Shown here: one piece after another, positions 45,283 to 55,372 of the stretch | Layout of the letters: each line of letters opens with the position of its first letter | How positions within the stretch are numbered: position 1 is the stretch's first letter | NCBI GenBank assembly: GCA_964291405.2 | Contig: OZ219926.1 | Span: forward strand, 3,360,001 to 3,424,000 | DNA from: Thermodesulfobacteriota bacterium | Lineage (GTDB): Bacteria > Desulfobacterota > Binatia > Bin18 | Length of the DNA stretch: 64,000 nucleotides | Direction of reading: 5' to 3' | Program-made: the position numbers and the translations under genes | Notes under the pieces: generated by a model | The model's input: only the letters and a program-made list of their open reading frames with translations | Told to the model about the DNA's origin: nothing | Databases searched by the model: none

Positions 45283-46971
45283 ATGGCCTACGATCTGTTG
45301 ATCAAAAACGGAACCGTTGTGGATGGCACGGGTGCGGCCCGCTATCGGGCCGATATTGGGGTGGCGCAGGGCCGGATCGCCGAAATTGCGCCAACCGGGA
45401 CACTCAATGAGAACGCTCTCCGCGTTATTGACGCATCCGATCTGATTGTCGCCCCAGGCTTTATTGACCCTCACACCCACTACGATGCCCAGGTCTGCTG
45501 GGACCCGCTGATTTCCTGTTCTTCGTGGAACGGGGTGACGAGTGTGGTGATGGGAAACTGCGGGGTGGGGCTTGCGCCGTGTCTGCCCGAGAAGCGGGAG
45601 GTGCTGGCCTGGGATCTGGTCAATGTGGAGGGGATGTCCTTTGAGGTGTTATCACAGGGCGTGACCTGGGGGTGGGAGAGCCTGGCGGATTTCATGGCCG
45701 CTCCGTTCCGGACGGGGATGGGAATCAATCTCGGTTTTCTGGTTCCGCTGTCGCCGATTCGATCCTACGTCATCGGGGAAGCCGCCCAGGAACGGGCCGC
45801 AACGCCTGACGAGACCCAGCGGATTGCGACCCTCCTGCGAGAAGGCGTACAGGCCGGGGCGCTCGGCTTTTCCACCACCGTGGCCACGCAACACGTAGGC
45901 TTCAAGGGTCGCCCTCTGGCGTGTCGTCTCGCCAGTCGGGACGAGCTACGGGCGTATGCAAATGTGCTACGCGACCTCGGGCAGGGCGCGATCGAGGTGA
46001 ACCTGGGAGGCGCCGGATCATCTATCCTGCCCTCGGGTAGTCCCGAGCTGATTGATTTCCTGCTGGCCGAAAGCCAGCGTCCGGTCACTTGGCTGTCGGT
46101 GCAAACGCGGAGTGACCAGCCAACCGCGCACCGCGAACTGTTGACCAATACCGATGGACTGATTCAACGCGGAGGGATTCCCCAGGCGAGCTGCCAGCCT
46201 ACAGAGCTCCAGTTCAATCTGCGCAACCCCTTTATCCTGGGCGCGTATGACGTGTGTCACTCCTTGTTTAATTGTACCGCTGAAGAACAGGCACGGATCT
46301 ATGCCGACCCGACCTTCCGGGCGGCGTTCCGGGCGGCGTGTACGGCAACGCCCAAAGCGTTCAGCGGCCAGTGGCAACAGACGCAGGTGTGCAAGGTCGG
46401 CAAACCGGCACATCAGGCGTGGCTGGGGAAAAGCATTGCGGAGCTGAGTCAGCAGGCCGGTACCGACCCCTTTGACACCTTTTTCGATCTGGCCTTGGCC
46501 GATGATCTGGTGACTGAGTTCTCCCTGGCCATGCTGAATTTTGATCTCGACTTGGTTGAGGAAGTCATTACGGACCCGCGTGTGTTGATCGGCTTGTCGG
46601 ACGGCGGGGCGCATGTCGATATGCTGTGTAACGCTGGCTATCCGACCTATCTGCTCGGGACCTGGGTGCGCAGGCGTCAGGCCATGAGTCTGGAACGAGC
46701 GGTGCAGCGCATCACCTCCGAACCGGCCCAGCTTTTTGGTTTGTTGGATCGAGGTGTGATTGCAACAGGTAAAGCTGCGGACTTTGTGGTTTTTGATTCC
46801 TACACGGTTGATGCTGGGGAAAAAGTGATGCTGAACGACCTACCGGGTGGAGAGCGGCGCTTTGTACAACGCGCCGAAGGCATACACCATGTTGTCGTGA
46901 ACGGGGAGATCGTGCTCACTCAGGGCGAGCACTCCGGCGCACTGCCGGGGCAGATGCTGCGTGCGGGTTGA
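45283..46971 (+). CDS. N-acyl-D-amino-acid deacylase family amidohydrolase
   Basis: APGFIDPHTHYDAQ, MGNCGVG, SDGGAH, DRG.I..GKAADFVVFD. Confidence 0.9.
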   Translation: MAYDLLIKNGTVVDGTGAARYRADIGVAQGRIAEIAPTGTLNENALRVIDASDLIVAPGFIDPHTHYDAQVCWDPLISCSSWNGVTSVVMGNCGVGLAPCLPEKREVLAWDLVNVEGMSFEVLSQGVTWGWESLADFMAAPFRTGMGINLGFLVPLSPIRSYVIGEAAQERAATPDETQRIATLLREGVQAGALGFSTTVATQHVGFKGRPLACRLASRDELRAYANVLRDLGQGAIEVNLGGAGSSILPSGSPELIDFLLAESQRPVTWLSVQTRSDQPTAHRELLTNTDGLIQRGGIPQASCQPTELQFNLRNPFILGAYDVCHSLFNCTAEEQARIYADPTFRAAFRAACTATPKAFSGQWQQTQVCKVGKPAHQAWLGKSIAELSQQAGTDPFDTFFDLALADDLVTEFSLAMLNFDLDLVEEVITDPRVLIGLSDGGAHVDMLCNAGYPTYLLGTWVRRRQAMSLERAVQRITSEPAQLFGLLDRGVIATGKAADFVVFDSYTVDAGEKVMLNDLPGGERRFVQRAEGIHHVVVNGEIVLTQGEHSGALPGQMLRAG

Positions 46972-47039
46972 GAGGCGAGCCAGCGCGTTGCCCGGTAATC
47001 ACTCATCGGTGCGTAGCGGGCACGCGGCAAGGAGGGAGC

Positions 47040-48104
47040 ATGAAATTCGCTATTCTCTACAACACCGACTATTACCCCGACATCCACGGCTCGGCCGAGC
47101 AGTATTACAACCAGATTCTGGAACAGGTCGAACTGGAAGAAGAACTCGGATTTGACGCGGTCTGGTTTGGCGAGCACCACTACTCGGGCTATTCGTTTGG
47201 GTCGCCGCCGGTCATGGCTATGGCGGCAGCTGGCCGGACCAAACGCATTCGGCTCGGGACTGGCATCTCCCTGGTACCACTCAATAACCCTATCCGACTG
47301 GCCGAAGAGTACGCCATGGTCGATGTGCTCTCCGGTGGCCGCCTGGAGTACGGCATCGGCAGAGGCTTTCTGAAATACTCGCATAAAATTTTTGGTGTGG
47401 ACGAAGCGGAAAATACCGAGCGCTATCACGAGGGGACGGATATTATCTGTACAGCCTGGACGAGTCCGCAGCCCTTCTCGTATCACGGCAAATTCTGGGA
47501 GCTCGAAGACTACACGTTCTTCCCCAGTCCGCTGCAAAAGCCCCACCCGCCTATCTATGCTTCCGGGGCGATTACGCCCGAGAGTTACCAGTGGGCCGGT
47601 CAGCGGGGCTTTCATTTGGCGACCGCTTTTTTCTTACCCAATCAAGAGCACGTCCAGGAGTGCATCGGCCTCTACCGTCAAGCGCTCCGGGAAAATGGCC
47701 ATGAGCCGGCCGCCCACGATGTCGCCGGCGTGTACCAGATGTATTGTGGCAAATCGAACGAAGAAGCCAGGCGCAACGGAGGTCAGCACGCGCTGACGTA
47801 TTACGCCTTCTTTGGGGCCTTGGCCCAGCGTGGCGCCTTAACCTCTCAGTCGTTTGCCTACCACAAGGGGACGATCTCGCATCTCTTTGCCGGGCTAACC
47901 TTCGAGGATTTGGACAAGCGTAACTTGGTCCTGGTTGGTGATCCCGAGAATCTGGTCGAACGTATCCGCTGGGCTCAAGAGTTCTACGGCACGAACTATT
48001 TGATTCTTGAAATCGCCCAGGGCGGCATGAAGCACGAACACGTCGTGCCCTCGCTCGAACGCTTTGCCAAATATGTCATGCCCGTGTTCCGGGATGAAGC
48101 ATGA
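47040..48104 (+). CDS. LLM-class flavin-dependent oxidoreductase
   Basis: ELGFDAVWFGEHHY, DVLSGGRLEYGIGRG, PLQKPHPPI; start at ATG 47040 after AGGAGG. Confidence 0.92.
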   Translation: MKFAILYNTDYYPDIHGSAEQYYNQILEQVELEEELGFDAVWFGEHHYSGYSFGSPPVMAMAAAGRTKRIRLGTGISLVPLNNPIRLAEEYAMVDVLSGGRLEYGIGRGFLKYSHKIFGVDEAENTERYHEGTDIICTAWTSPQPFSYHGKFWELEDYTFFPSPLQKPHPPIYASGAITPESYQWAGQRGFHLATAFFLPNQEHVQECIGLYRQALRENGHEPAAHDVAGVYQMYCGKSNEEARRNGGQHALTYYAFFGALAQRGALTSQSFAYHKGTISHLFAGLTFEDLDKRNLVLVGDPENLVERIRWAQEFYGTNYLILEIAQGGMKHEHVVPSLERFAKYVMPVFRDEA

Positions 48105-48273
48105 GGTGTCTCCCCCTCGGAGGGCTGTCGTGTGAGTGCTGGGGTGGACTCCCTCTCCTGCCGGTCTCTTGCTATATGTCCCTAAAATATGAAAGAGTCG
48201 GTACATTCGCCTACCAGCGGTACAGGCGGGTCAATCTCAAACCGTAAGAACGAGGAAAAAGGGAGGACTGCAT

Positions 48274-49569
48274 ATGCATATTATGTCTTTCTCGGAACGT
48301 GAATACGTCGATGTCTCCGAGGATGCGATTATCGAAAACGGGAGTAGCTATTTTGGTCTCCCGAACACCATGTTTGACCCCGACCGAGGCGGCCAGCTCA
48401 TGAATGAGTATCTGGACGAGCGGGTCTATGCCGAAGAGCTGGGCTTTGATGGCGTCATGCTCAACGAGCACCACCAGACCCCGTTTTGTGGTGGTGGGGT
48501 TATGGATGTGGAAGCCTCCATTCTGGCCCGTATCACCAAACGGGTGAAAATTGTCCTGCTCGGTAACCCCCTCCCGGTGGGCGATCCGTTGCGACTGGCC
48601 GAAGAGTTGGCCACGATTGATATGATTTCCGGCGGCCGTCTGGTACCGGGTTGGGTGCGTGGTGCGGGTACGGAACAACTCGCCAATAACATCAACCCGG
48701 CCTACAATCGGGAGCGCTTTAACGAAGCCCATGAATTCATTCAACAGGCGTGGACCAAACCGGGACCATGGCGCTACGAGGGTAAACACTACCATTACCG
48801 GAACGTGAATCCCTGGCAGTTGCCGGTGCAGAAGCCGGTGCCGCAACAATGGATTCCGGGGCTGATCAGCCCGGAAACCGTCATCTGGAGTGCCAAACAC
48901 CGCTATCCCTATGTGGCGCTGGGCACTAATGTCGAAGCCACGGTCGAGATGGTGAATCTGTACGCCGATGTTGCCGAGCAGGAAGGCTATCAGGCCGGGC
49001 CGGAAAACTTCGGCTATCTGCAGAACGTGTGTGTAGCCGAGACGGAGGAGAAGGCGCATGAATTGGCCAGGGGCTTTGTCTTTGGCGGTGGATTCGGCTC
49101 GTTTGCCCGCGCTGAATGGATGTTCCCTCCGGGATACAACTCCAAGGCCGCGACCAAGCGTCTGGCGCAAGCTTTGACCGACCCGCGCACCGGCGCCGAA
49201 ATCATCAAGCATACCCAGGGTGAGATTGACGTCGAAGAAATCAAGCGGAGCATTGAGTCGGGTTTCCAGGCCTCTCTTGACAGCGATCTGATTATGGCCG
49301 GTACACCGGAGACGGTGATGAAGAAGCTTCGGAAAATGTGTGAAACCCTCCGACCCGGCATCATGGGTCTATGGTATCACCACGGTCCGATGGATTTTGA
49401 GCAGCGCAAAACCTGCCTGCGTCTGCTTGGCCAGGAAGTCCTGCCGGCCATGCGTGAAATGGCCAAAGAGCTCGATCTGCCTGGGCCGTTTGAGGTGGCG
49501 CCGGGTTCGCGTTCGCTGCCGGCCTCCGGCAAACGCGAACAGATCGTGCCTGATATCGCTGCGGCCTAA
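48274..49569 (+). CDS. LLM-class flavin-dependent oxidoreductase
   Basis: AEELGFDGVMLNEHH, DMISGGRLVPGWVRG, PVQKPVP. Confidence 0.92.
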   Translation: MHIMSFSEREYVDVSEDAIIENGSSYFGLPNTMFDPDRGGQLMNEYLDERVYAEELGFDGVMLNEHHQTPFCGGGVMDVEASILARITKRVKIVLLGNPLPVGDPLRLAEELATIDMISGGRLVPGWVRGAGTEQLANNINPAYNRERFNEAHEFIQQAWTKPGPWRYEGKHYHYRNVNPWQLPVQKPVPQQWIPGLISPETVIWSAKHRYPYVALGTNVEATVEMVNLYADVAEQEGYQAGPENFGYLQNVCVAETEEKAHELARGFVFGGGFGSFARAEWMFPPGYNSKAATKRLAQALTDPRTGAEIIKHTQGEIDVEEIKRSIESGFQASLDSDLIMAGTPETVMKKLRKMCETLRPGIMGLWYHHGPMDFEQRKTCLRLLGQEVLPAMREMAKELDLPGPFEVAPGSRSLPASGKREQIVPDIAAA

Positions 49570-49592
49570 GGCGCGCTTCAGTAAACAACGAA

Positions 49593-49621
49593 ACAGGGGC
49601 GGTCCGTAGAACCGCCCCTGT
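49593..49621. terminator. REP-like hairpin/terminator after the LLM gene
   Basis: acaggggcggt-ccgtaga-accgcccctgt. Confidence 0.65.
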
Positions 49622-49622
49622 C

Positions 49623-49772
49623 ACCCGCCTGCGGGAGATTGCCGCTCGCGACTTTGGTCTCCAGCACATCACGCTCCAGGTGGAGCGGTCGCCGGAAGGG
49701 TGTACCGAACACCACCACGTCGATCACCTGTACGCCCGTACGACCGACGAAGCGCAGGCCGCCATCAGCTAA
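49623..49772 (+). pseudogene. 3' remnant of a cation diffusion facilitator (CzcD/ZitB-like) gene
   Basis: Startless frame TRLREIAARDFGLQHITLQVERSPEGCTEHHHVDHL...* matches the CDF C-terminal FGI.H.TLQ.E plus His-rich tail. Confidence 0.6.
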
Positions 49773-49796
49773 GAAACAGGGACGACAGCCGGGCTC

Positions 49797-51056
49797 TTAG
49801 TGAAAGCCCATGAGATTATGATAATAATCCCAATAGCCACGAATGGCACTCTCGGTTAAGAGATTCTCCTGATTCTCTCTTCCCGTACCACCGAAGGCGA
49901 GCAGGGAGCATTCGTCCTTTTCCCGGGCGATAGCCTGCTGGACCAATTCGGTGGCGTAGCCATCTTCCATGGAAATATAACCGGCCGGGCCGACCAGATT
50001 GGCCTGTTTGATACGGATACGGCGGATTTCTTCGTCATCATCTTCATAGCCAAAGAACGTAAACAACAGTTCAAACTGATCCGGTCCCTTGGGCAGAATA
50101 TGTCGGGTCGCCAGCGTGTTTTGAATCTGCTGGACGACCAGGCACGGAAAAATCATCTGAATGTGGTTGGTTAATTCCACCTCAAATTCTTTGCGTGAAG
50201 TGAGAAGCGAGGGGTCGGCGAGGGTGTAGTCGGTCTGGTAACTGCGGATGTTCTTACCTGTGTAGGCGGCCACCTCTTCTTGCTCCGTCTTTTTATACGC
50301 GCGCAGCATGCTGTGTCGGCCCGACTCATCCATAATCACACCGCCCCCTTGAGATGAACGATAGATACCAAAAGTGGTGTGAAAAAGGTGCAAAAGACTG
50401 GCGTGATAGGGGTCTTTTACATTCTCCGAGTAGAGTTTCCAGTTGGCATGAACGAACTGGCGGGCGTAGCCTAGCACCCGGACCGGTCGGTTGAAGACCC
50501 GGTCGAGCCACGGCCGCATGGCCGGCCCCAGATAGTCGGCCAGCGATTCAGCCTCGGAAGAAAAGGAGGCAAAGATCAGCCCGTTATAGGTATCCACGCG
50601 CAGTTTCCGGAGGGAGTGCTGGGCGGGATCAAAGTCGGTCGGGTACCCGCCCTGACGGCGGATACCGGTACGAAACGGAATGCCGATTAGATCGCCCTGC
50701 TGGTTATAACTCCACTGGTGGTAGATACAGGTATGGGTGGCCCGGTTGCCCCGAGACTCGCGACACACCATTGCCCCGCGATGCGCGCAGCGATTCACAA
50801 AGGCGTGCAGCTTCCCCGCTTTGTCGCGTGACACAACGACGGGCGTGTCGCCGACAAAGGTTGTTCGGAAATCGCCGGGGTTGGCCACCTCCGCTTCGAG
50901 CCCTACATAGCTCCAGGTTGGACCTCTGAAGATGCGTTCCTGTTCCAGGTTGTAGACGGTAGGGTCGCAAAAGACCTGATACGGGACTGAGGTCATCCCC
51001 ACTGGCGTCGGCCAACTCAACGCGACGGGCGCATTGTCCATGGGTGAAAGGCTCAT
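49797..51056 (-). CDS. Rieske aromatic ring-hydroxylating oxygenase alpha subunit (salicylate/anthranilate/terephthalate group)
   Basis: Rieske NRCAHRG...CIYHQW; mononuclear iron NWKLYSEN.KDPYHASLLH; QANLVGPAGYISMEDG. Confidence 0.92.
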   Translation of the reverse strand: MSLSPMDNAPVALSWPTPVGMTSVPYQVFCDPTVYNLEQERIFRGPTWSYVGLEAEVANPGDFRTTFVGDTPVVVSRDKAGKLHAFVNRCAHRGAMVCRESRGNRATHTCIYHQWSYNQQGDLIGIPFRTGIRRQGGYPTDFDPAQHSLRKLRVDTYNGLIFASFSSEAESLADYLGPAMRPWLDRVFNRPVRVLGYARQFVHANWKLYSENVKDPYHASLLHLFHTTFGIYRSSQGGGVIMDESGRHSMLRAYKKTEQEEVAAYTGKNIRSYQTDYTLADPSLLTSRKEFEVELTNHIQMIFPCLVVQQIQNTLATRHILPKGPDQFELLFTFFGYEDDDEEIRRIRIKQANLVGPAGYISMEDGYATELVQQAIAREKDECSLLAFGGTGRENQENLLTESAIRGYWDYYHNLMGFH

Positions 51057-51205
51057 CTGAGCACCTCCTTGATAAGCGCTTTTCTCCTCCCACCTTCTTT
51101 CCCTAGTAGACACCGGTTTGTGTCGATTGACAAGCTATATTTGAGGCGCGTATACGAGGAGCAGGGGGGCTGTCACAACAGGCTCTGAGAGAAGAGGGAG
51201 GACCT

Positions 51206-51463
51206 ATGAGTGCGCAAAGCCTAAACATCATGTTGGTTGACCTGTTCCGATCCGAGACGGAGTTGGCCCAGTACCAGAAAGACCCCGAGGTAATTCTGGC
51301 AAACTACGATGTCACGGACGAAGAGCGGACGCGGCTCAAAGACCCAGACTGGGGGTGGCTCTATACGCACGGGATTCATCCCTACATTCTGGTCCAGTTT
51401 GCCTTAGCCATGGGGGTAGAGATTCCGCAGTATGTGCAGCAGGTGAAAGAAGCGACCGGGTAG
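51206..51463 (+). CDS. LigA-like small subunit of an extradiol ring-cleavage dioxygenase
   Basis: 85 aa DPEVILANYDVTDEERTRL...D.GWLYTHGIHPYIL; directly upstream of the LigB-like gene. Confidence 0.8.
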   Translation: MSAQSLNIMLVDLFRSETELAQYQKDPEVILANYDVTDEERTRLKDPDWGWLYTHGIHPYILVQFALAMGVEIPQYVQQVKEATG

Positions 51464-51509
51464 GGCGGCCAACTCGGAGACCCGTCAAACGAGAAAAAAG
51501 GAGAACCAA

Positions 51510-52331
51510 ATGGCGAATATCGTTGCAGCCATGTCGTCAGTTCACAGTCCCCTGATGATGAGTGCGCCCCAGATGGCGGATGAGGCCACCTGGGGAAGGA
51601 TCAATACGGGTTTCGATACCCTCCGAGAAACCTTTACCTCTGCTGGAGCCGATACGATCGTCGTTATCTCAGACGAACATTTTAATGCGCTTGACCCGCG
51701 TCGCTATCCGTCGTTTGGTGTGGTGACCGCTGAGACGAGCGTCGGCCCAGTGGAAAACTGGCTCGGCGTGCCCTGCAACAGTATCTCGGTCAATTTTGAG
51801 CCGGAGCTGGCTGAAGCGGTCCTCGACGAGGGGGTTCGCCAAGGCTTCGATTTGACGCGGATTGGCGAAGTGGGCTTGGACCATGGATTTCTCACCTGTC
51901 TGAACTTTCTCACGCCGCAGTGGGATATGTCCTATCTGTGGCTGATTCAGAACTGTGTCCTGCCGCCCCTGCCGAGCCTGAAGCGGTGTTATGATTTTGG
52001 GCGGATGGTCGGACAAGCCATCCGGTCGTGGGATAGCTCCCGCCGCGTGGCCCTGCTCGGTACGGGTGGGTTGTCGCATGCGGTTGGCACGCCGGATATG
52101 GGCAAGGTGGACGCGCACTTCGATAGAAAATTCCTCGATCTCCTGTGCCAACAGGACCCGGCCATGCTCGATATCACGGATGCGGAGATTGATGCGATCG
52201 GCAACGGCACGCACGAGATTCGGAACTGGATTGCGGTGGCTGGGGCGGTCGAAGGCGCAAAGGGCGAAGTCGTCATGTATGAAGAAGGAACCATGGTCGT
52301 AGGATTCGGCATGATGCAGTTCCAACTGTAA
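51510..52331 (+). CDS. LigB-like (class III) extradiol ring-cleavage dioxygenase
   Basis: HSP, SDEHF, LDHG, GTGGLSH, NGTHEIRNW. Confidence 0.9.
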   Translation: MANIVAAMSSVHSPLMMSAPQMADEATWGRINTGFDTLRETFTSAGADTIVVISDEHFNALDPRRYPSFGVVTAETSVGPVENWLGVPCNSISVNFEPELAEAVLDEGVRQGFDLTRIGEVGLDHGFLTCLNFLTPQWDMSYLWLIQNCVLPPLPSLKRCYDFGRMVGQAIRSWDSSRRVALLGTGGLSHAVGTPDMGKVDAHFDRKFLDLLCQQDPAMLDITDAEIDAIGNGTHEIRNWIAVAGAVEGAKGEVVMYEEGTMVVGFGMMQFQL

Positions 52332-52374
52332 AGCCCGTTCCGCGAAGAGAAAACGTCTCCAGCATCTCGTCGCT

Positions 52375-53286
52375 ATGGAAGGAGACATTGCCTCTTTAGC
52401 TCGGATGAGTGGAGCCAGGCCGCGTGGAACGCTCGCTGTTCTGGGCGTGGGCATCCTCGCCATCTCGACAGCCGCGCCGCTGATAAAACTTGTCCCCGAC
52501 GTCCCGCCGCTCGTGGTAGCTGCCTTCCGGCTGGGTCTCGCCGCGCTGATATTCACCCCGCTGAGCCTCGTCCGGATCCGAACTGCGGGCAGCTCACCAT
52601 CGCTTCCTGACTTGTTGGTGGTGAGTGTGGCCGGTCTGTGTCTGGCACTCCACTTTGCCGCCTGGATTGCCTCGCTCCGCTACACCTCTGTCGCGAGTTC
52701 CGTGGCACTGGTGACCATGAATCCGCTCCTGCTCGCTATCGCCGGCTATCTCATCTGGCGAGAGCGACTCGTCCGGCGGCAGTGGTGTGGGATAGGCTTG
52801 GCATTACTGGGCAGCCTGTGTATAGGCTGGAACGATTTTCAGCAGGCAGGGCCAGCCCTAGAGTCCGCGCTGTATGGCGATGTCTTAGCCATATGCGGTG
52901 CAGTCATGATCTCTGCCTACCTGCTGTGTGGACGCCTGGCTCGACCGCGTCTCGGCCTGAGCGTGTATGTCGGGCTGGTCTATGGGTGTGCGGCGGTTAC
53001 CTTACTCACCGGCTGTTTTGTCCTCCAACTGCCGTTACTGGGCTATGCCCCACGGGTCTACCTCGTCCTGATCCTGCTTGCCCTTATCCCTCAAGTGTTG
53101 GGCCATACCATTCTGAACTGGGCATTGGCCTATATGTCTCCGACACTGGTCGCACTGGCGATTCTTGGCGAACCTCTTGGAGCTGCCCTGTTGGCCTGGA
53201 TATTTCTTAACGAGTCAGTGAGTCTGCTCCAAGGGATAGGGGCGGTAGGCCTGCTGACGGGGATTGTGCTGGGACAGCAACGTTGA
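52375..53286 (+). CDS. DMT/EamA family transporter
   Basis: About 10 TM; LHFAAWIASLRYTSVASS, GHTILNWAL, LGEP. Confidence 0.9.
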   Translation: MEGDIASLARMSGARPRGTLAVLGVGILAISTAAPLIKLVPDVPPLVVAAFRLGLAALIFTPLSLVRIRTAGSSPSLPDLLVVSVAGLCLALHFAAWIASLRYTSVASSVALVTMNPLLLAIAGYLIWRERLVRRQWCGIGLALLGSLCIGWNDFQQAGPALESALYGDVLAICGAVMISAYLLCGRLARPRLGLSVYVGLVYGCAAVTLLTGCFVLQLPLLGYAPRVYLVLILLALIPQVLGHTILNWALAYMSPTLVALAILGEPLGAALLAWIFLNESVSLLQGIGAVGLLTGIVLGQQR

Positions 53287-53318
53287 CGGAATGGAGATGC
53301 TGAGGAAGCGGCCCGACA

Positions 53319-53343
53319 CAGGGCAACCACACGGGTTGCCCTG
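53319..53343. repeat. REP-like hairpin between convergent genes
   Basis: cagggcaacc-acacg-ggttgccctg. Confidence 0.6.
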
Positions 53344-53347
53344 ATCG

Positions 53348-54055
53348 CTAGTCATCATTCGCCAGGGAGAGCAGAATTTGCAGCAGATACCAGAACATCA
53401 GGGCCACACCGGCAAACAGCGCCAGCGAGGCGGCGACGTGCTGGTCGGGCCGATAGTGGTGAATAATGTTCGAGGTCGTATACAGAATAGACCCGGCGGC
53501 AAAGGCAACCATAATGGTGGAGAAGAACAACCCCAGGCTAAAGCCAAACAGCATGCTGGCCAAGATCACCCCCAGGGCGACAAATCCGCCTACGGTGAGA
53601 ATGCCTCGTAGAAAGGAGAAGTCTTTGCGGGTGGTGAAAGCCGTGAACGTCAGCCCACCAAACAGCAGCAAGGTCATCAGCCCCGCCGTCGGAATCACAT
53701 CCGGCGAGCTATAGTGCGTCGCAATATACAGCATGGGGAGAAAGATGACCGCCTGGGCCACGATATACAGACCCAGTCCCAGGTATTGCATCTGCGGCGA
53801 GGTATCAGACTGCGCCCAGCGGTCGGCCAGCCAGGACACGCCCATGAATGCGGCGAGCACGACGAACCAGCCGTAACCACCAACCATGGTCTGAACCAGA
53901 GCGGGCGCAAACGACGACTGCAATAGGAGATTTTCAACCAGGATAAAGGCCAGTATCGCCAACGCGAGGTGGGTATACGTGCGGCGAATAAACTCCGCGC
54001 GCGCCACCTCGGATGCATAGGCCGCGGGCCGAGAATACGTCATCGTTGAAGCCAT
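53348..54055 (-). CDS. Bax inhibitor-1/YccA family membrane protein
   Basis: FIRRTYTHL, 7 TM, TRKDFSFL, ILYTTSNI, VAASLALF. Confidence 0.88.
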   Translation of the reverse strand: MASTMTYSRPAAYASEVARAEFIRRTYTHLALAILAFILVENLLLQSSFAPALVQTMVGGYGWFVVLAAFMGVSWLADRWAQSDTSPQMQYLGLGLYIVAQAVIFLPMLYIATHYSSPDVIPTAGLMTLLLFGGLTFTAFTTRKDFSFLRGILTVGGFVALGVILASMLFGFSLGLFFSTIMVAFAAGSILYTTSNIIHHYRPDQHVAASLALFAGVALMFWYLLQILLSLANDD

Positions 54056-54153
54056 ACATACCTCCGTGGAGTTGACTATCCTTTTCTCAAGCTAATGCCC
54101 TGACAGGGGACAGTCAATGCCGGACGAGATTGGAAGAAAGAGTTGTAAAAAGA

Positions 54154-54179
54154 AGGGGCAGCCCGGTGTGGCCGCCCCT
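54154..54179. repeat. REP-like hairpin/terminator downstream of the esterase
   Basis: aggggcagcc-cggtgt-ggccgcccct, related to 53319-53343; A run upstream gives a minus-strand T tail. Confidence 0.55.
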
Positions 54180-54223
54180 CTATATTCGACGGTAAAGAAA
54201 TAGGCGCGCAGTCTCGTACGCGT

Positions 54224-55150
54224 TTATTGAGCAAACGCCGCTTTCAGCCCCTCAGCCACTTCCGCTAGCGCTTTCTTCTGGGCATCAAGATGGAAGAAGC
54301 TGAAGAAGCCGTGAATCGTTCCGTCGTAGCGGGATATTGTGATATCCGCACCGGCGTCTTGGAGCTTTTTGCCGTAGGCCTCGCCCTCGTCGCGCAGAGG
54401 ATCAAACTCGGCCGTGATCACCAACCCTGGCGGCGGACTGTTCACGTATTTGGCCAGGAGCGGGGAGGCGTACGGGCTCTTTCCGGCCTCGTCGTTTTCA
54501 AGATAATGGTCCCAGAACCACACCATGGAGTCCTTGGTCAGCAGATAATCTTCCCCGTTCTGCTTGCACGACTCGGTATCAAAGGAATGGTTGGTGACCG
54601 GATAGAGCAGCAGTTGGTAGGCGAGCGAAGGGGCACCACGATCGCCGGACATGAGCGCCACTGCTGCGGCTAGGTTGCCGCCAGCACTGTCACCGCCAAT
54701 CGCCACCCGTTGCGGGTCGCCGCCAATAGAAGCGACATTGAGCACCGCCCATTTGGTCGCTTCGTAACAATCTTCAGGCGCCGCGGGGAATTTGTGCTCC
54801 GGAGCGAGGCGGTAATCGACGGCAATCGTGATGCAACCGGCGGCGTTAGTCAGGGCGCGACAGGTTGCATCGTGGCTTTCGAGGTCGCCGACCACCCAGC
54901 CACCCCCATGAAAAAAGACCAGAACGGGAAGCGGACCGTCTCCCTCGGGCGTATAGATTCGAACCGGCAGGTCACCGTTCGGGGTCGGAATATTCCGATC
55001 TTCAACCTTGGCAACCGGCTCTGGATTCTCAATCTGGAAGAGCTGCTGAATGGCTTGGCGTGCTTCTGCAACCTCCATTTCATTAAAGCCGCGACCACCG
55101 GCGGCCACGAGTTGGTCAATAAAGGCTTGTTCCTGCTGACCTAGGGGCAT
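54224..55150 (-). CDS. Hormone-sensitive-lipase family alpha/beta hydrolase (esterase)
   Basis: [31 protein letters not shown]. Confidence 0.94.
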   Translation of the reverse strand: MPLGQQEQAFIDQLVAAGGRGFNEMEVAEARQAIQQLFQIENPEPVAKVEDRNIPTPNGDLPVRIYTPEGDGPLPVLVFFHGGGWVVGDLESHDATCRALTNAAGCITIAVDYRLAPEHKFPAAPEDCYEATKWAVLNVASIGGDPQRVAIGGDSAGGNLAAAVALMSGDRGAPSLAYQLLLYPVTNHSFDTESCKQNGEDYLLTKDSMVWFWDHYLENDEAGKSPYASPLLAKYVNSPPPGLVITAEFDPLRDEGEAYGKKLQDAGADITISRYDGTIHGFFSFFHLDAQKKALAEVAEGLKAAFAQ

Positions 55151-55372
55151 ACTTCCCTCCTTGCTGTGATTCGTGCTGTGCTGTGTCGATAGGTCACGAC
55201 CGGAATGAGATGTTTATCTGGGGTGAGTGGTATTTTTCAAGAGGGCAATCGAGGCAGGCATGCGTACGCGCAGCGTATGGCCGAGGCACGCCCGCCGATA
55301 ACTCTGGCTGACTGTGGGAAGAGGCGCACGATTGAGACTGAACCCGAGGTTCCCTCTTTTTAGCCAGAAATC

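Noticed and set aside
35070-49212. Long antisense ORFs (35070-36065, 35944-37008, 41440-42393, 44152-45117, 48211-49212)
   Set aside because: They shadow well-supported genes on the opposite strand, as expected in GC-rich DNA, and show no family motifs.
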